Of a stretch of 64,000 bases of DNA, positions 9,286 through 20,300 are shown one piece after another; the stretch's first letter is position 1, and every line of letters starts with the position of its first letter. The DNA lies in the IMG/VR virus record IMGVR_UViG_3300044259_000026, positions 1-64,000 of that record; one strand, given 5' to 3'. The notes under the pieces are model-generated. The model was not told the origin of the DNA. It saw only the letters and a program-made list of their open reading frames with translations, and did no database searches. The position numbers and the translations under genes were made by a program. This DNA comes from a virus. Its lineage: Duplodnaviria; Caudoviricetes.

Positions 9286-11955
9286 ATGGGCCTCTTCAGT
9301 AGCAAAAAGAAGATCAAGGTAAGCTCCACGGTCTACAACTTGGCAGGGGATGTGAAGGACCGTGTTCAGTATCTGCCGACCACGATCTCTACCAAGATCA
9401 TTGCAGATACTGCCCCGTCTATTGGGGAGGCTATTCAGGACTCTTTGATTCGCGGGCCGGGTATGCGGATTCGTTCGTATGCCCGCTGGTGCCGAACTCA
9501 AGGCTACTCTGAGCGGATTGGTATGCTGCCGGGTCAGATGGCGGTTGGTAAGGATATCGACTACAACGCCATCATTGACTCCATCAGCCATGCCCCAAAT
9601 CAGACTGTTACCGTGCAGACTGCTGACATTGGCATTGCTGATTACGGCTACTGGGCTGACCGGTGGATGCTGGAGAATCACCCTACTCGGGTGAACGATG
9701 AGTACGAACTGGACTTCAAGGAAGAAGCCAACCTCATTGAACTGACGTTCCCCAGTGGTGAAGTTCTTTCCTTTACCCCGGTGGGTTTCAATCCGGATGG
9801 GCAGTACCTGTATGTCAGCTACTTCCTGACCCAACGGAACCAAGAAGATCCTGTGGTCCAAGGTCCCGTTGTTTCTGTTGGTTCTGAATCGGCTCTGCCG
9901 GATACCGGTAATTACGACGTAGTGGGTAGCACGGAAACTCCGGGGACCATGGCTCTGGTAGATACCACCGTGGTCGAAGTGACCTACTCCGACCTTCGTC
10001 CACCGACCAGCAACACCACGACTACCGACCACACTGATCCATATACGGATCGGGAAGATGCATTCACTCTGATGGAGTATCACGGTGCGAATACTGATGG
10101 CAGTGCCACCACGGCTACTCGCCATTTCCAAACCAACTTCAAGACTCACAAGAAGAAGAGTGTCACCACTGAAAACACTGTGACTGAGACCATTGAAGGT
10201 GGTGTGACGAAGACGACCAAAACCACTACCACTGTGGAATCGGTTGATTATGCCTACGCCTACCGCAAAGACACCCAGCACATTGTGGTTAGTGCTTGGG
10301 GTCCGATGCAGGTCATCATCTATGAGCAGGGTTCCGGTAACCCTGTCTTTGATGCAATGTTTGAGAGCCCGGTGGATATGGGAACGTTTGTCCCCCCCAT
10401 TCCTCTGCGTCGATGGGCACGGATGATCGGTCCGGATTACCAACCGTCCCTCTACGAGTGGACGACTAAAGCCGTGAAGCGATCCATGGATAAAAAGATC
10501 ACCCAGATCAATGCTGCCTTGGAGGACAACGACAATCTGAGTGACATTGACTTTGCGTACCTGTCGTTTGGAGTATCCCTGAACACTCCTGAGAACTCTG
10601 GGAAAAAGTACATCTACAAGTTCTTCCAGATGATTAACGAATACGGTGCAGGTGGTGCAGCGGAATACAACGCTTGGGTGCTGGCATGGAAAGCCGCAGA
10701 TGAAGCTCAGAAGGTCTGGGCAGACTGGAAGATTGCACAGTCTGACCCTACCAATGTTCTTTTTGGCTCTGAAGAGCCGCCTATCGTGGCTTACCCTAAA
10801 ATGCCGACCAAGCAGATCAAGGTCTTCTGCGAGAAGATCAACTATAACATGACCGTTAACTGGACAGGCATTGCAGAGACTGCCCTTCCCGGCTTGGGTA
10901 AACCTAATGCCCGTGTGGGTGAGGTTTGGTTTGAGGGTGGGGGTACTGAGGAATTCAATGAGCTGCTGCTCTCCTCGGGGATCATTGGTGACCGTAACCT
11001 GACTGGCGATACCGTTCGGATGTACTGGCAGGACAAGGCAGATTCCTACCGTGTGATGGTGGTTACTGGACTGTGGCACACGAACATTGTCTATAAGGGC
11101 AAGGGTGTCGATGTTCACGGTGAAGAAGCTTTGCGTGACCCAGAAGAGTCTGGGTTCATCATTCCGCTGCATGAGGGAATCTACCGATCGATCTCCCTGA
11201 AGGATGCAACGCAGATGGCGACTTCCTGCTGCTACATGGTCCTGAACTGCTATCAGGTCACCAAGCAGAAGTGGTATCAGTCTTCTTGGTTCAAGATTGT
11301 GCTGATCGTTGCGGTGATTGTGGTCACCATTGTGACCTGGGGGGGTGCAGCTCCAGCGGGTGCTGGTGTGTTGGGTACGGCAGCTTCTGTAGGTACGGCC
11401 ATTGGTTTGGCCGGTACTGCTGCCATCATTGCAGGTGCAGCGATCAACGCCTTGGCCGGTATGATTATCGCCCAGCTCATCATGGCTGCATCGACTGCCC
11501 TGCTCGGTCCGAAGATCGGAGCAATCGTAGGCGCTATCGCTTCGGTAGCAGTTCTGTCTGTTGGTTCCTCTCTGGCCAACGGCGGTACTGCTGCACAGGG
11601 TCTGACCAACATGGCCACTGCCCCTAACCTCCTGAAGATGAGTGTGGCAGCGGGGAACGGCATCAGTGGAGCAATGGATTCTGAACTGGCTGAAATCCAA
11701 AAGGATATCCAGAAAGTTCAAGAGAACTACAAGACTGAGTTGTCTTCTATTTATGAAGCGTGGGCTAACAACCTTGGCTTCAATAACAGTACCATTGACG
11801 TTACTCAGCTGACTGATGCCATTGGTGCTCAGTATGAGAACTTGGATACCTTCCTTGGAAGGACCCTTATGTTGGGCAGTGACATTGCCGAACTGACCAA
11901 TGGCTTGATTGGTTCGATGATGGACCTTACCTTGACTACAGATCTACCTGCTTGA
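9286..11955 (+). CDS. N4 gp53-like protein, 889 aa, with hydrophobic G/A-rich C-terminal helices
   Basis: MGLFSSKKKIKVSSTVYNLAG start; KQKWYQSSWFKIVLIVAV; synteny. Confidence 0.85.
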   Translation: MGLFSSKKKIKVSSTVYNLAGDVKDRVQYLPTTISTKIIADTAPSIGEAIQDSLIRGPGMRIRSYARWCRTQGYSERIGMLPGQMAVGKDIDYNAIIDSISHAPNQTVTVQTADIGIADYGYWADRWMLENHPTRVNDEYELDFKEEANLIELTFPSGEVLSFTPVGFNPDGQYLYVSYFLTQRNQEDPVVQGPVVSVGSESALPDTGNYDVVGSTETPGTMALVDTTVVEVTYSDLRPPTSNTTTTDHTDPYTDREDAFTLMEYHGANTDGSATTATRHFQTNFKTHKKKSVTTENTVTETIEGGVTKTTKTTTTVESVDYAYAYRKDTQHIVVSAWGPMQVIIYEQGSGNPVFDAMFESPVDMGTFVPPIPLRRWARMIGPDYQPSLYEWTTKAVKRSMDKKITQINAALEDNDNLSDIDFAYLSFGVSLNTPENSGKKYIYKFFQMINEYGAGGAAEYNAWVLAWKAADEAQKVWADWKIAQSDPTNVLFGSEEPPIVAYPKMPTKQIKVFCEKINYNMTVNWTGIAETALPGLGKPNARVGEVWFEGGGTEEFNELLLSSGIIGDRNLTGDTVRMYWQDKADSYRVMVVTGLWHTNIVYKGKGVDVHGEEALRDPEESGFIIPLHEGIYRSISLKDATQMATSCCYMVLNCYQVTKQKWYQSSWFKIVLIVAVIVVTIVTWGGAAPAGAGVLGTAASVGTAIGLAGTAAIIAGAAINALAGMIIAQLIMAASTALLGPKIGAIVGAIASVAVLSVGSSLANGGTAAQGLTNMATAPNLLKMSVAAGNGISGAMDSELAEIQKDIQKVQENYKTELSSIYEAWANNLGFNNSTIDVTQLTDAIGAQYENLDTFLGRTLMLGSDIAELTNGLIGSMMDLTLTTDLPA

Positions 11956-11964
11956 GGAAACTCT

Positions 11965-12396
11965 ATGCTCTCTCTCGAAGATATCTTGGGCCAACTTGGC
12001 TCCCTGTTTAATGGTGGAGACTACCAAGGCAACGGGGCTACCACCTTCGCTGCTCCACAACTGGGTGGTCCTTCGGTGGTAGGAAGTTCTGCCTCTTTCC
12101 CGGCTCTGGGCGGTGCTGCCTCGGGTGCCAGTGGACTGGGCTTCAACTTGGGAACGGGCCAACTGGCCTTGGGCGGCTTATCTGCCTTGAACAGTATCAT
12201 TGGTGGTAACAAGGCTCTGAACCTTGCTCAAGACCAGTTCAAGTTCCAGAAGGGCTTGGCTAACACCAACCTGAACAACCAGATCAAGTCGTATAACACG
12301 GCTCTAGAAGATCGACTCACGGCTCGTGGTGTCGCTCAAGGTCAGGATGCTGCAACTGTGGCTGCTGCCATTGAACGTAACCGCCTGTCTCGCTAA
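11965..12396 (+). CDS. Virion/ejected protein (N4 gp52-like)
   Basis: G/A/N/Q-rich, no Cys; ANTNLNNQIKSYNTALEDR. Confidence 0.8.
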   Translation: MLSLEDILGQLGSLFNGGDYQGNGATTFAAPQLGGPSVVGSSASFPALGGAASGASGLGFNLGTGQLALGGLSALNSIIGGNKALNLAQDQFKFQKGLANTNLNNQIKSYNTALEDRLTARGVAQGQDAATVAAAIERNRLSR

Positions 12397-12402
12397 GAGG
12401 AT

Positions 12403-14244
12403 TTGCCAATGGCTACTCTGACTTGGCGTAACGTGGACGCACCCACCATCAATGCTGCTGCTGGTGTGCGGGACGCTACTGCCCTGTTCGACAACGGACT
12501 CAACCGGATCAGTGAAGCACTCTCCGGTTTCCGTGCTGAACAACAACGCGGAGCCAACCAGCAAGTAATGCTGAATGCTCTGCGGTTTACCGACCCTAAG
12601 CAGTATCAGGAAGCTTTGGCTTCTGGTGCTATTACTGGGGGTGTCGATCCAACGGCTATTGATGCCCGGACTTTGGCTGCTCTTGGTTCCCGAACCAGCG
12701 ACCTTCAGAGCCAGCGGGCAAACAACCAACGGTTCGATACTAACCAGTACACCTTTGATCGTACCCGACAATTGGATACGGCAACGGACGCTGCTCGCCC
12801 TGCTGCTGCTCGGCAGTTTGGGATCTCCGATCCTGCACTGGCTGCTCTGCAACCTGAAGATCAATTGCGCTTTGCCCAAGGCTCTCGACAACTGGTCGGT
12901 GCGGATTTGGCCAACGAGTACAACCAGTTCCGCAACCTGACTACTAAACGGGATGACCGTGATCGTCAGGAAGGTTTGGCTTTGGCTGGTGAACTCAATG
13001 ACCAAGCAATTGATCCGGTCTCTGGTCGTGAAGTGGCTGCTACTGCTTCGTCCCCGGGTGCCCGAGCCATTGCTGACCAAGCCCTGTCTCGCCTGTTCCC
13101 CAATGCCTATGGTGCTGGCTCCGTGGCTGACACTACCTTTGGTTCCATGCTGCAAGCTGAGTCGTCTGGTCGCCAGTTCACCAAGGACGGCAAGACGGTC
13201 ACCAGCCCTAAGGGTGCTCTGGGCATTGCCCAGATCATGCCGAGTACTGGTCCGGAAGCGGCTGCTTTGGCCGGTCTGCCGTATGATGCCAACCGTTTGA
13301 AGAACGATGCTCAGTACAATGCCACCTTGGGCAAGGCCTACTTTGATAAGCAGATGGAGACCTTTGGCGGTGACCCTGCCAAGGCAGCTGCTGCCTACAA
13401 CGCAGGTCCGGGAGCTACCCAGAAAGCAATTGCCGAGGCTGCTGCTGAAGGTAATCCTGATGCCTGGCTGTCGAAACTGCCGAAGGAAACTCAGAACTAT
13501 GTACCGAAGGTGACTCGGGGTCAGGTGGATGCAGCGGCTGCTGATCTCGGTGTTCGTCAGATGCAGAACGTCGGTCAGCAAGGTGCTACTACTGACCTGT
13601 TCTCCAACCTCTCGAACACGGACACTGTAGGTACTGTCGCTGACACCCTGCTGGAGTCTGACTTCAAGGGTGCTGATCGTCAGTATGTGATCCGTGCCTT
13701 GAACGATGTGGTGAAGCGAGCCAACACCAGTCCAGCTCAGGCTGGTGCAATCCTTCGCCGTAACATCTCGGGGGCCAGTAACAACCCGTTCAGCGGTGAC
13801 TTCTCTGGGACCACGAACTTGGGTGGGAATATTGGTTTCCGTGACCAAGGTGTGGAAGGGGATATCCGGGCACAGCAAACTGGTATCAACATCGACCAAG
13901 CACTGACCAATCAGAATGCTGGACGTATTGCTGCTAGCCTGAGTTCGGCCTATGAGAAAGCTCAGCAAGCTGGCACCGAGTTGGCCCAGTTGGTTCAAGC
14001 CAGTCAGTCTCGACCTGAGTTGGCTCGCCAGATCCCACGTTATCAGGCTCGGGCACAGCGTGCTCAACAAGCACTCCAAGCTTTGACTGATGCTCAACGT
14101 ACCACTCCGGCTTACCGTGCTCAGCGTGAAGCGGCCAACGTTCCTCCGGAAGAAGTGAACCGGGAATTGAATAAACCGGAAGTCACTCCGCCAACTGCCC
14201 GAGTACTTACTCGACGCGATTTGGAATTCGGTCTGTACGACTAA
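12403..14244 (+). CDS. Virion structural protein with an SLT lytic transglycosylase domain
   Basis: LTWRNVDAP N-terminus; QAESSG, SPKGALGIAQIMP and AAYNAGPG are SLT motifs; no Cys. Confidence 0.88.
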   Translation: MPMATLTWRNVDAPTINAAAGVRDATALFDNGLNRISEALSGFRAEQQRGANQQVMLNALRFTDPKQYQEALASGAITGGVDPTAIDARTLAALGSRTSDLQSQRANNQRFDTNQYTFDRTRQLDTATDAARPAAARQFGISDPALAALQPEDQLRFAQGSRQLVGADLANEYNQFRNLTTKRDDRDRQEGLALAGELNDQAIDPVSGREVAATASSPGARAIADQALSRLFPNAYGAGSVADTTFGSMLQAESSGRQFTKDGKTVTSPKGALGIAQIMPSTGPEAAALAGLPYDANRLKNDAQYNATLGKAYFDKQMETFGGDPAKAAAAYNAGPGATQKAIAEAAAEGNPDAWLSKLPKETQNYVPKVTRGQVDAAAADLGVRQMQNVGQQGATTDLFSNLSNTDTVGTVADTLLESDFKGADRQYVIRALNDVVKRANTSPAQAGAILRRNISGASNNPFSGDFSGTTNLGGNIGFRDQGVEGDIRAQQTGINIDQALTNQNAGRIAASLSSAYEKAQQAGTELAQLVQASQSRPELARQIPRYQARAQRAQQALQALTDAQRTTPAYRAQREAANVPPEEVNRELNKPEVTPPTARVLTRRDLEFGLYD

Positions 14245-14263
14245 GTTGATGCGTATACAATGG

Positions 14264-14288
14264 AACCCCGCACCTGCGGGGTTTTGTT
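14264..14288 (+). terminator. Terminator
   Basis: AACCCCGC-ACCT-GCGGGGTTTT. Confidence 0.8.
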
Positions 14289-14353
14289 GCTTCCACGCAG
14301 CTTAACTATGAGGTACGATTGTTCCCTATTAATCTCTAACACAGGGTTTCTGA

Positions 14354-17300
14354 ATGGCCACTATCGATGAGTTGCTTGGCAAAGCGGCTTACCCAGACCA
14401 GATGATTCCGGAAGCTTCTGCTGATGCAGGACTCCCGAACCCTAACCCATACGTTCAACAGAAATCCCAACAGATCCTTCAAGCCGCCCCTGTGAAACAA
14501 GCACAGGTGGCAGCTGCTGCCGATCAAAAACGTATGGCAATGGGCGGTCTTCCTACTGATTACCAGATGGCCGTGGGCCGTGTCTTTGGTAACGGTGCTG
14601 AGCATGGCTCTCAACTGGAACAGGATATTCGAAACCTGTCTCCGGTAGATCTCTATGCCGAGTACGGTGCCCAAGCTCAAGACATGATCCGGGATCGTGC
14701 TGAAGCTGGTACTCAAGTTCTCAATGACTTCAAGACTCCGGCTGCTAGTGCTCCCGAGTTTGCCTATGACATCGCCTCCTCTTTGGGTGGCGGTTTCGTC
14801 AATAGCCTTGCTGGTCTGACCAACTTGGCAGTCGGTGCTGTGTCTCCGGAAGCTGGTGCTTCCTTGGCTCAAGGCATTACCGAAGCGAACCAATGGCTTC
14901 GCTCCACTCAGTCCGATGAACTGAACACAGCTCGTCGTGTGCAAGATGCTGCCAACTTCTTGGATGAACGGGACAACCGTGTTGCCCAAGCGGAAGAGTC
15001 TTCGGCAGGTGAGAGTGACTTCATCACTGGCCTGAAACGTATTGGTCGGGATGCCATGGACTCGGTAGCTAACGCTGCTCTTGCTCCTGCTCTGTTGGCT
15101 GATGGCACTGCAAATGCCACTGGTTCCCTGCTGGCTGCTGGCCCTCTGACCAAGGGTCTGGCTGCATTGGGTCGTGCTGTTGTTCCAGCTGCTGCCACCA
15201 CTTCCCGTGTGGGTGCTGCCGTTGCTGACAAGGCTCCGGTCCTTGCTGCCATTGGTGGCATGGAAGCGGGTGGTGCTTACCAGCAAGTGGTTTCGGACAT
15301 CATGGGTCGTAGCCATGAAACCCTGCTGCAGGAATCTCCTGAGTACCGTCGCCTGATCGCTGAAGGTGTGAGCCAAGAAGACGCTAAAGTCCAAGTGGCC
15401 AACAAGACCGGTCTGATCTCGGCAGGTATTACTGCGCCTCTCGCTGCTGCTACCGGTACTCTGGTATCCCGCTTCGAAGGTGATGCACTGGCTGCTCGTG
15501 GGGTTCGTGAGTCCTTGGGCAACCTTGGCCGTGAAACTGTTGAAGAGGGTATCCAAGGTGCTACTTCCCAAGTTGCTCAGAACTTCGCAGAAAGCCAAGT
15601 CGCCAACGAAAATAAAAACCTCACCGAAGGCGTTGGTCGCCAACTGGGTGAGGGTGCTCTGTTTGGTCTGGGCGCAGCTGGTGTCACGCAGTCTCCGCAG
15701 CTCGCTGGTCTGGCAGGTCGTACTACCCTTGGTGCTGCTAGTGCTGTTGGTTCCGCAGCTGTTGCAGCAACTGGAGATGCTCTTGCACGCCGGGCTGATG
15801 CAATTGCTGAACGCAATGCTGCTGCTTCCCCTATCTCTGATAGTGCAGTAGTGCAGGCCACGGCTGAGACCCAAGCCACTGCACCTCAGGCCCAACCAAT
15901 CGTTCAAGATGCCATCGACTCTCTGGATGGTACGCCTGAGCAGAAAGCCCAGATCCAAGACTATGCAGATCGACTGTTCACTGCTTCCCAGTTCGATGCT
16001 GGTGAAGTTCGTGCATCCATGGCTCCGGTTGTGGAAGGTGCTGCCAACCGTGTTGAAGCCATCCAGCGTCTGACTGATGTTGTGGCCAATGCTGAGGAGG
16101 ATTCCCCTGAGCAATTGCGTGCTGGTCTGGAAATGTTCGAACTGCTGGAGCCCTACTCCCGCTTGATCGAAGCTGATCCGGAACTGCTGAATCAGATCCC
16201 TGCCGATCACCAAGCTTCGCAGATCATCCAGCAATACGGCTCGCTGATGGATTCCATTGGTTCCAGCCCGAAGGTCATCAAGGCCATTCAAACCATCCAG
16301 CAAGCATTGGCTTCGCGTCAGGCTCAGCCTGTTACCGAACAATCCATTGCTACTCCGGAAGGTCAGGAAGAAGTCCGTGATGCTCTGACGGTGGCTGCTG
16401 TTGCACCTGAGAAAGCTGACTTGGCACAGAACGAGCAGATCCTGTACCAAGTGAGCCAAGGGAAACTTCAGGTAACCCCAGAACAGAAAGCTGCTCTGGA
16501 TACCTCTGTTGCTCTACTTCGTGCTGCCAAGGCAGCGAGCGATGAAGCGGTACGCCTTGGTGCCAGTGATCGTTCGGCACAGGTCACCCGTGAGATCGCG
16601 GTAGAGACTGGCAGCAAAGGGAAATCGGCGTTGGATCATGCCAAGGGCATCATGTCGGCGTGGAAGGCGGGTAACTCGGATCTCGCACGTAGCCGCCTGT
16701 TCCAGATGGGGCAGTTTGTTCAGCACATGCAGAACAAGGTCGGAGCTTTGAACGCCCACTTCGCTTCGGGGAACCCGGCAAGTGAAGCTGTCAAATACCA
16801 AGCTCTGTCCCCAACTGGGGAGTTCGTTGAGAGTGCCTCGGGTCTGAAAGTCCATCCGGCTAACGCACGGTCGGTTAAGTTTGCTCAGGATGTGTCGATA
16901 GAAGCTAAGCTTCTGTCGGATGTCTACAACGGACTCGTGTCCGCTTTTCCAGATCTTCAAGGTCAACATATTCAGGGTACTCAGTTGGATTCGGCACTGT
17001 CGAAGCCTGCTGCTGAGGTAGCGGCTGATGTCGCCAAACCTAAGGCAGCTGCTCCGACTCCTGTCACTACTACTGAGACCGTTCGTCAGGAACAAGTTCA
17101 AGAAACCCCTGCTGTGGAACAACCCACTGTTCAAGAAGAACAGGCTCCTGCTGTGCAGGAAGAACCTGCTCAACCTGAACTGAAGGGCATCCGTGCAGTC
17201 TTCCCGAACCTGTTGGGTGCAGAGAACAACCGCTTTGTGCAGTCGTTCGATCTGCCCACTGACCAACGTACTCGGACCCTCGGTGATGAGAATCCCCTTG

Positions 17301-20300
17301 GTTCCATTGTGGCTGCCCTGAAAGATTCTGCTGCCCTCACCCAGTACATCGGTAAATCCTTGGCTCACAACTACACCAAGGACATTGCTGCTGCTTACCA
17401 GACCTACCTCACTTCTGCTGAGAGCATCAAATCCGCATTGGAAGAAGGCCTTCAGGAATACCTGAACAAGCCATACTCCCGTTCGGACAAGCGCACTCAC
17501 CGTGAGCTGATTCTGGAAAATGGTGAAGTCACTCAGACCAATGGTCGTCTGCTCAAAGGTGTGGACCTGCAAGCTACTGTCCGTGGTAAGGCTCTGGCCA
17601 TTACTCAAGTGGACGGGGAACAGATCCAATACAACCCTGAGCTGCTCGAACCTGCGGTACTGGCTGGCATGCAATGGATGCTGACTGCTGACCAGTTTGG
17701 TTCGGTCCTTGATGCCAAGGACATTGCATCGATCACCGGCCTTCCGGTTGAATCTGTGTCCAAAAGCATGATCGAAGATTTGAACCAAGGGATGAGCGTC
17801 ATCGAAGCCAAGCGTACCTTGGCCCAGAAGATCAAATCCTACTGGGGTGTGGGTAACAACCCTAACGGGTTCATCGGTAACCAAGAGGGTATCCCGGAAG
17901 CCATTGCTGCCGAGATCCTCCGTGTGTTCCGTGACAGTGACTTGCTGGAAGAGAAGTCGTTCTATGTGTCTCAGGAAGGTTTGTTGATCGAGTACGTCAA
18001 GGGGGAAACCAAGCCTCCGAAGTCGGCTCGTACCATTGACCGCCTGATCCCTGTGCAACTCCCTAAGGAATCCCCTCTGAAGGAATTCCCATCGGCAATT
18101 GAACAAGCTGTGATGATTGAGCCGGAAGGCATCAACTACATCGGCGGTGCTATGCCCCCTGTGGCCCGCACCCAGCTTCGTCAACCGCTGGTGGAGAACA
18201 CCCCTCAACAGCTGGAAGCCATCAAGAACGAGCAAGAGACTCCATACTTCGTTAACCCGAACATGGCTGGATTCTACTCGGCACTGGGTATCGACAATAT
18301 CCTGAAGCTCTTTGCTGCCGGTTCGTTCGACCCTGATAGCATGAACGTCAACCATGCCAAGTCTCTGGACGGTCAGAACCGTGGAACCGTTGCTGCCTTC
18401 AACCACCTGATGGGTGTTCTGGCAGAGACCGGCAACGTAGGCCAGAAGGCTGGGACTGCATTGGATCAAACTCCAATTCGCTATGCCTTCAACATGACCC
18501 GGGTTGCCCGTCTGCAAATGCTGGGTAAGTACAACCCTCAGGCAAACAAGCTTGTCCGTGAGGCCATCCTGCCTAACCGTTCTACCTTGGATCTGTCGAG
18601 CCAGAACAGCCAAGACTGGACCCGATTCGCATTGGGTGCTGGTCAGCTGCTGGGTATCAAGGTTCACAAGATGACTCAGGATATGGCCAAGGCCAAACTG
18701 CAAGCCATGTTCGACGGCGGCCTGTCCCGTACTGTGGAAGCACTGCGTGACTGGACCCGTGACTTTGATGTGTCGAATGTCATTCAGCCTGCTGCCATGC
18801 TGCCGGATGATCTGGTGAACAACCTGATCGAAGATTTCAAGGCTGCTGGTGCTGATCTGACTCCGATGGGTCTGCATGCTGTCATGGAATACGCTCGCTA
18901 CCTGAATAGCGAAGACCGTTCCAAGTTCGAGACTACCCTGTACCTCGAAGCTGACGGCGTGACCAACGGTCCGATCAACGCCATGGTCCTGTTCACCACC
19001 GGCAAGTTCACCCCTCGTTGGATCAAGAACATTGCCAAGGGCGGTCTGTTCTTCAACCGTCCGGGTGCCACCGTCAACAGCAACAACGTTGAAGTGGATA
19101 ACCGTGACCTGTACCAAGCGACCACTGACCAGCTCCAAGTGAACTTGGATATGCTGCGTCAACGCATGGCCGGTAACCCTCAAGCCAATGAGCAACTGAA
19201 TCACCTGTTCACCCTGATGGATGAATTCCTGGGTGGTGATCTGACTCTGGATGAAGAGGGTAACCTGACCCTGCAACGTGGCATTGCCAAGAACCCACTG
19301 ACCATTACTATCTATGGTTCGGGTGCTGGTGGTATCGCTGGCAAGATGGTCAAAGCCATCACTGATGCTGTCTACGAGCGCATGTCTGACATCGCTATCA
19401 ATGGTGGTCGTCTGCCTACCAAGGCTGCTGCTGCATTGAACCAACTGCTCTCGACTGAAGCTTCTGTGGATAGTGAAGGCAACGTTCGCTTCAAGCCTAC
19501 TCAGTCTGACCGCGAAGACAAATACGATCCGAAGACCTTCACCTTCACCAAAGGTGAGTTGAAGAACATGCAGTCCAATATGCTGCACATGTTCGTCAAC
19601 CCGATGCGTGAAGCAATTGAAGAGACTGTGGGTCAGCCTCTGACCGGTACTGCTGAGATGCTGCGTCAAGCCACTCAGGTTCAGTCGATTGTGATGGAGC
19701 ATGCCTTCAAGCAACAGGTCGAAGCTGAGCTGGAGAAGAAGCGTCAAGATCCTAACTGGCGAGAAGGTGACTTCCTGACCCAGAAGGAAATGGCCTCCAT
19801 CTACAAGAAGCTGGAGCACTTGGCTCCGTATGTGAAGACTGGGACTCAAACCTTCTTCATCGCCGGTAGTCAATCTGTGGATGTTGGTTCGACCAACTTC
19901 GGTCATGCTTTGAACGACCAGTTCCGTACCCCTGCCTTTGTGCATGGTCCGGCAGATGCTGGTGTTGCGGGTATCCCGTTCATGAACATCGGTGCTGGTG
20001 ACGGCCAGATGATGCAGAACATCTCCGTGGCTGATGGGGCGCCTACTGGCACCCTCAAGATCTTCGACGGTATGAACATGCGTCTGGATCAGATCGAGTC
20101 CGGTTCTCTGGTAGCCAACAAGGCTGTCTATGACAGCTGGATGGGTAACCCACTGAAGGCTGTCTTCGAGTCCTACGATCAGTTCCTGCGTAATGCTGAC
20201 CTGTCGAAGTTCCCGAAAGCTACTCAGGAACAGCTGAGCCGTGCCTTGTTCGGTCTGGATACTAGCGATGCGTCGTTGGACGATATCCGCACCGCCATGT

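Noticed and set aside
2339-14097. Long antisense ORFs opposite portal, capsid, gp53 and SLT genes (2339-3913, 5070-7613, 8338-11721, 12304-14097)
   Set aside because: Same codon-bias artefact; composition is not protein-like
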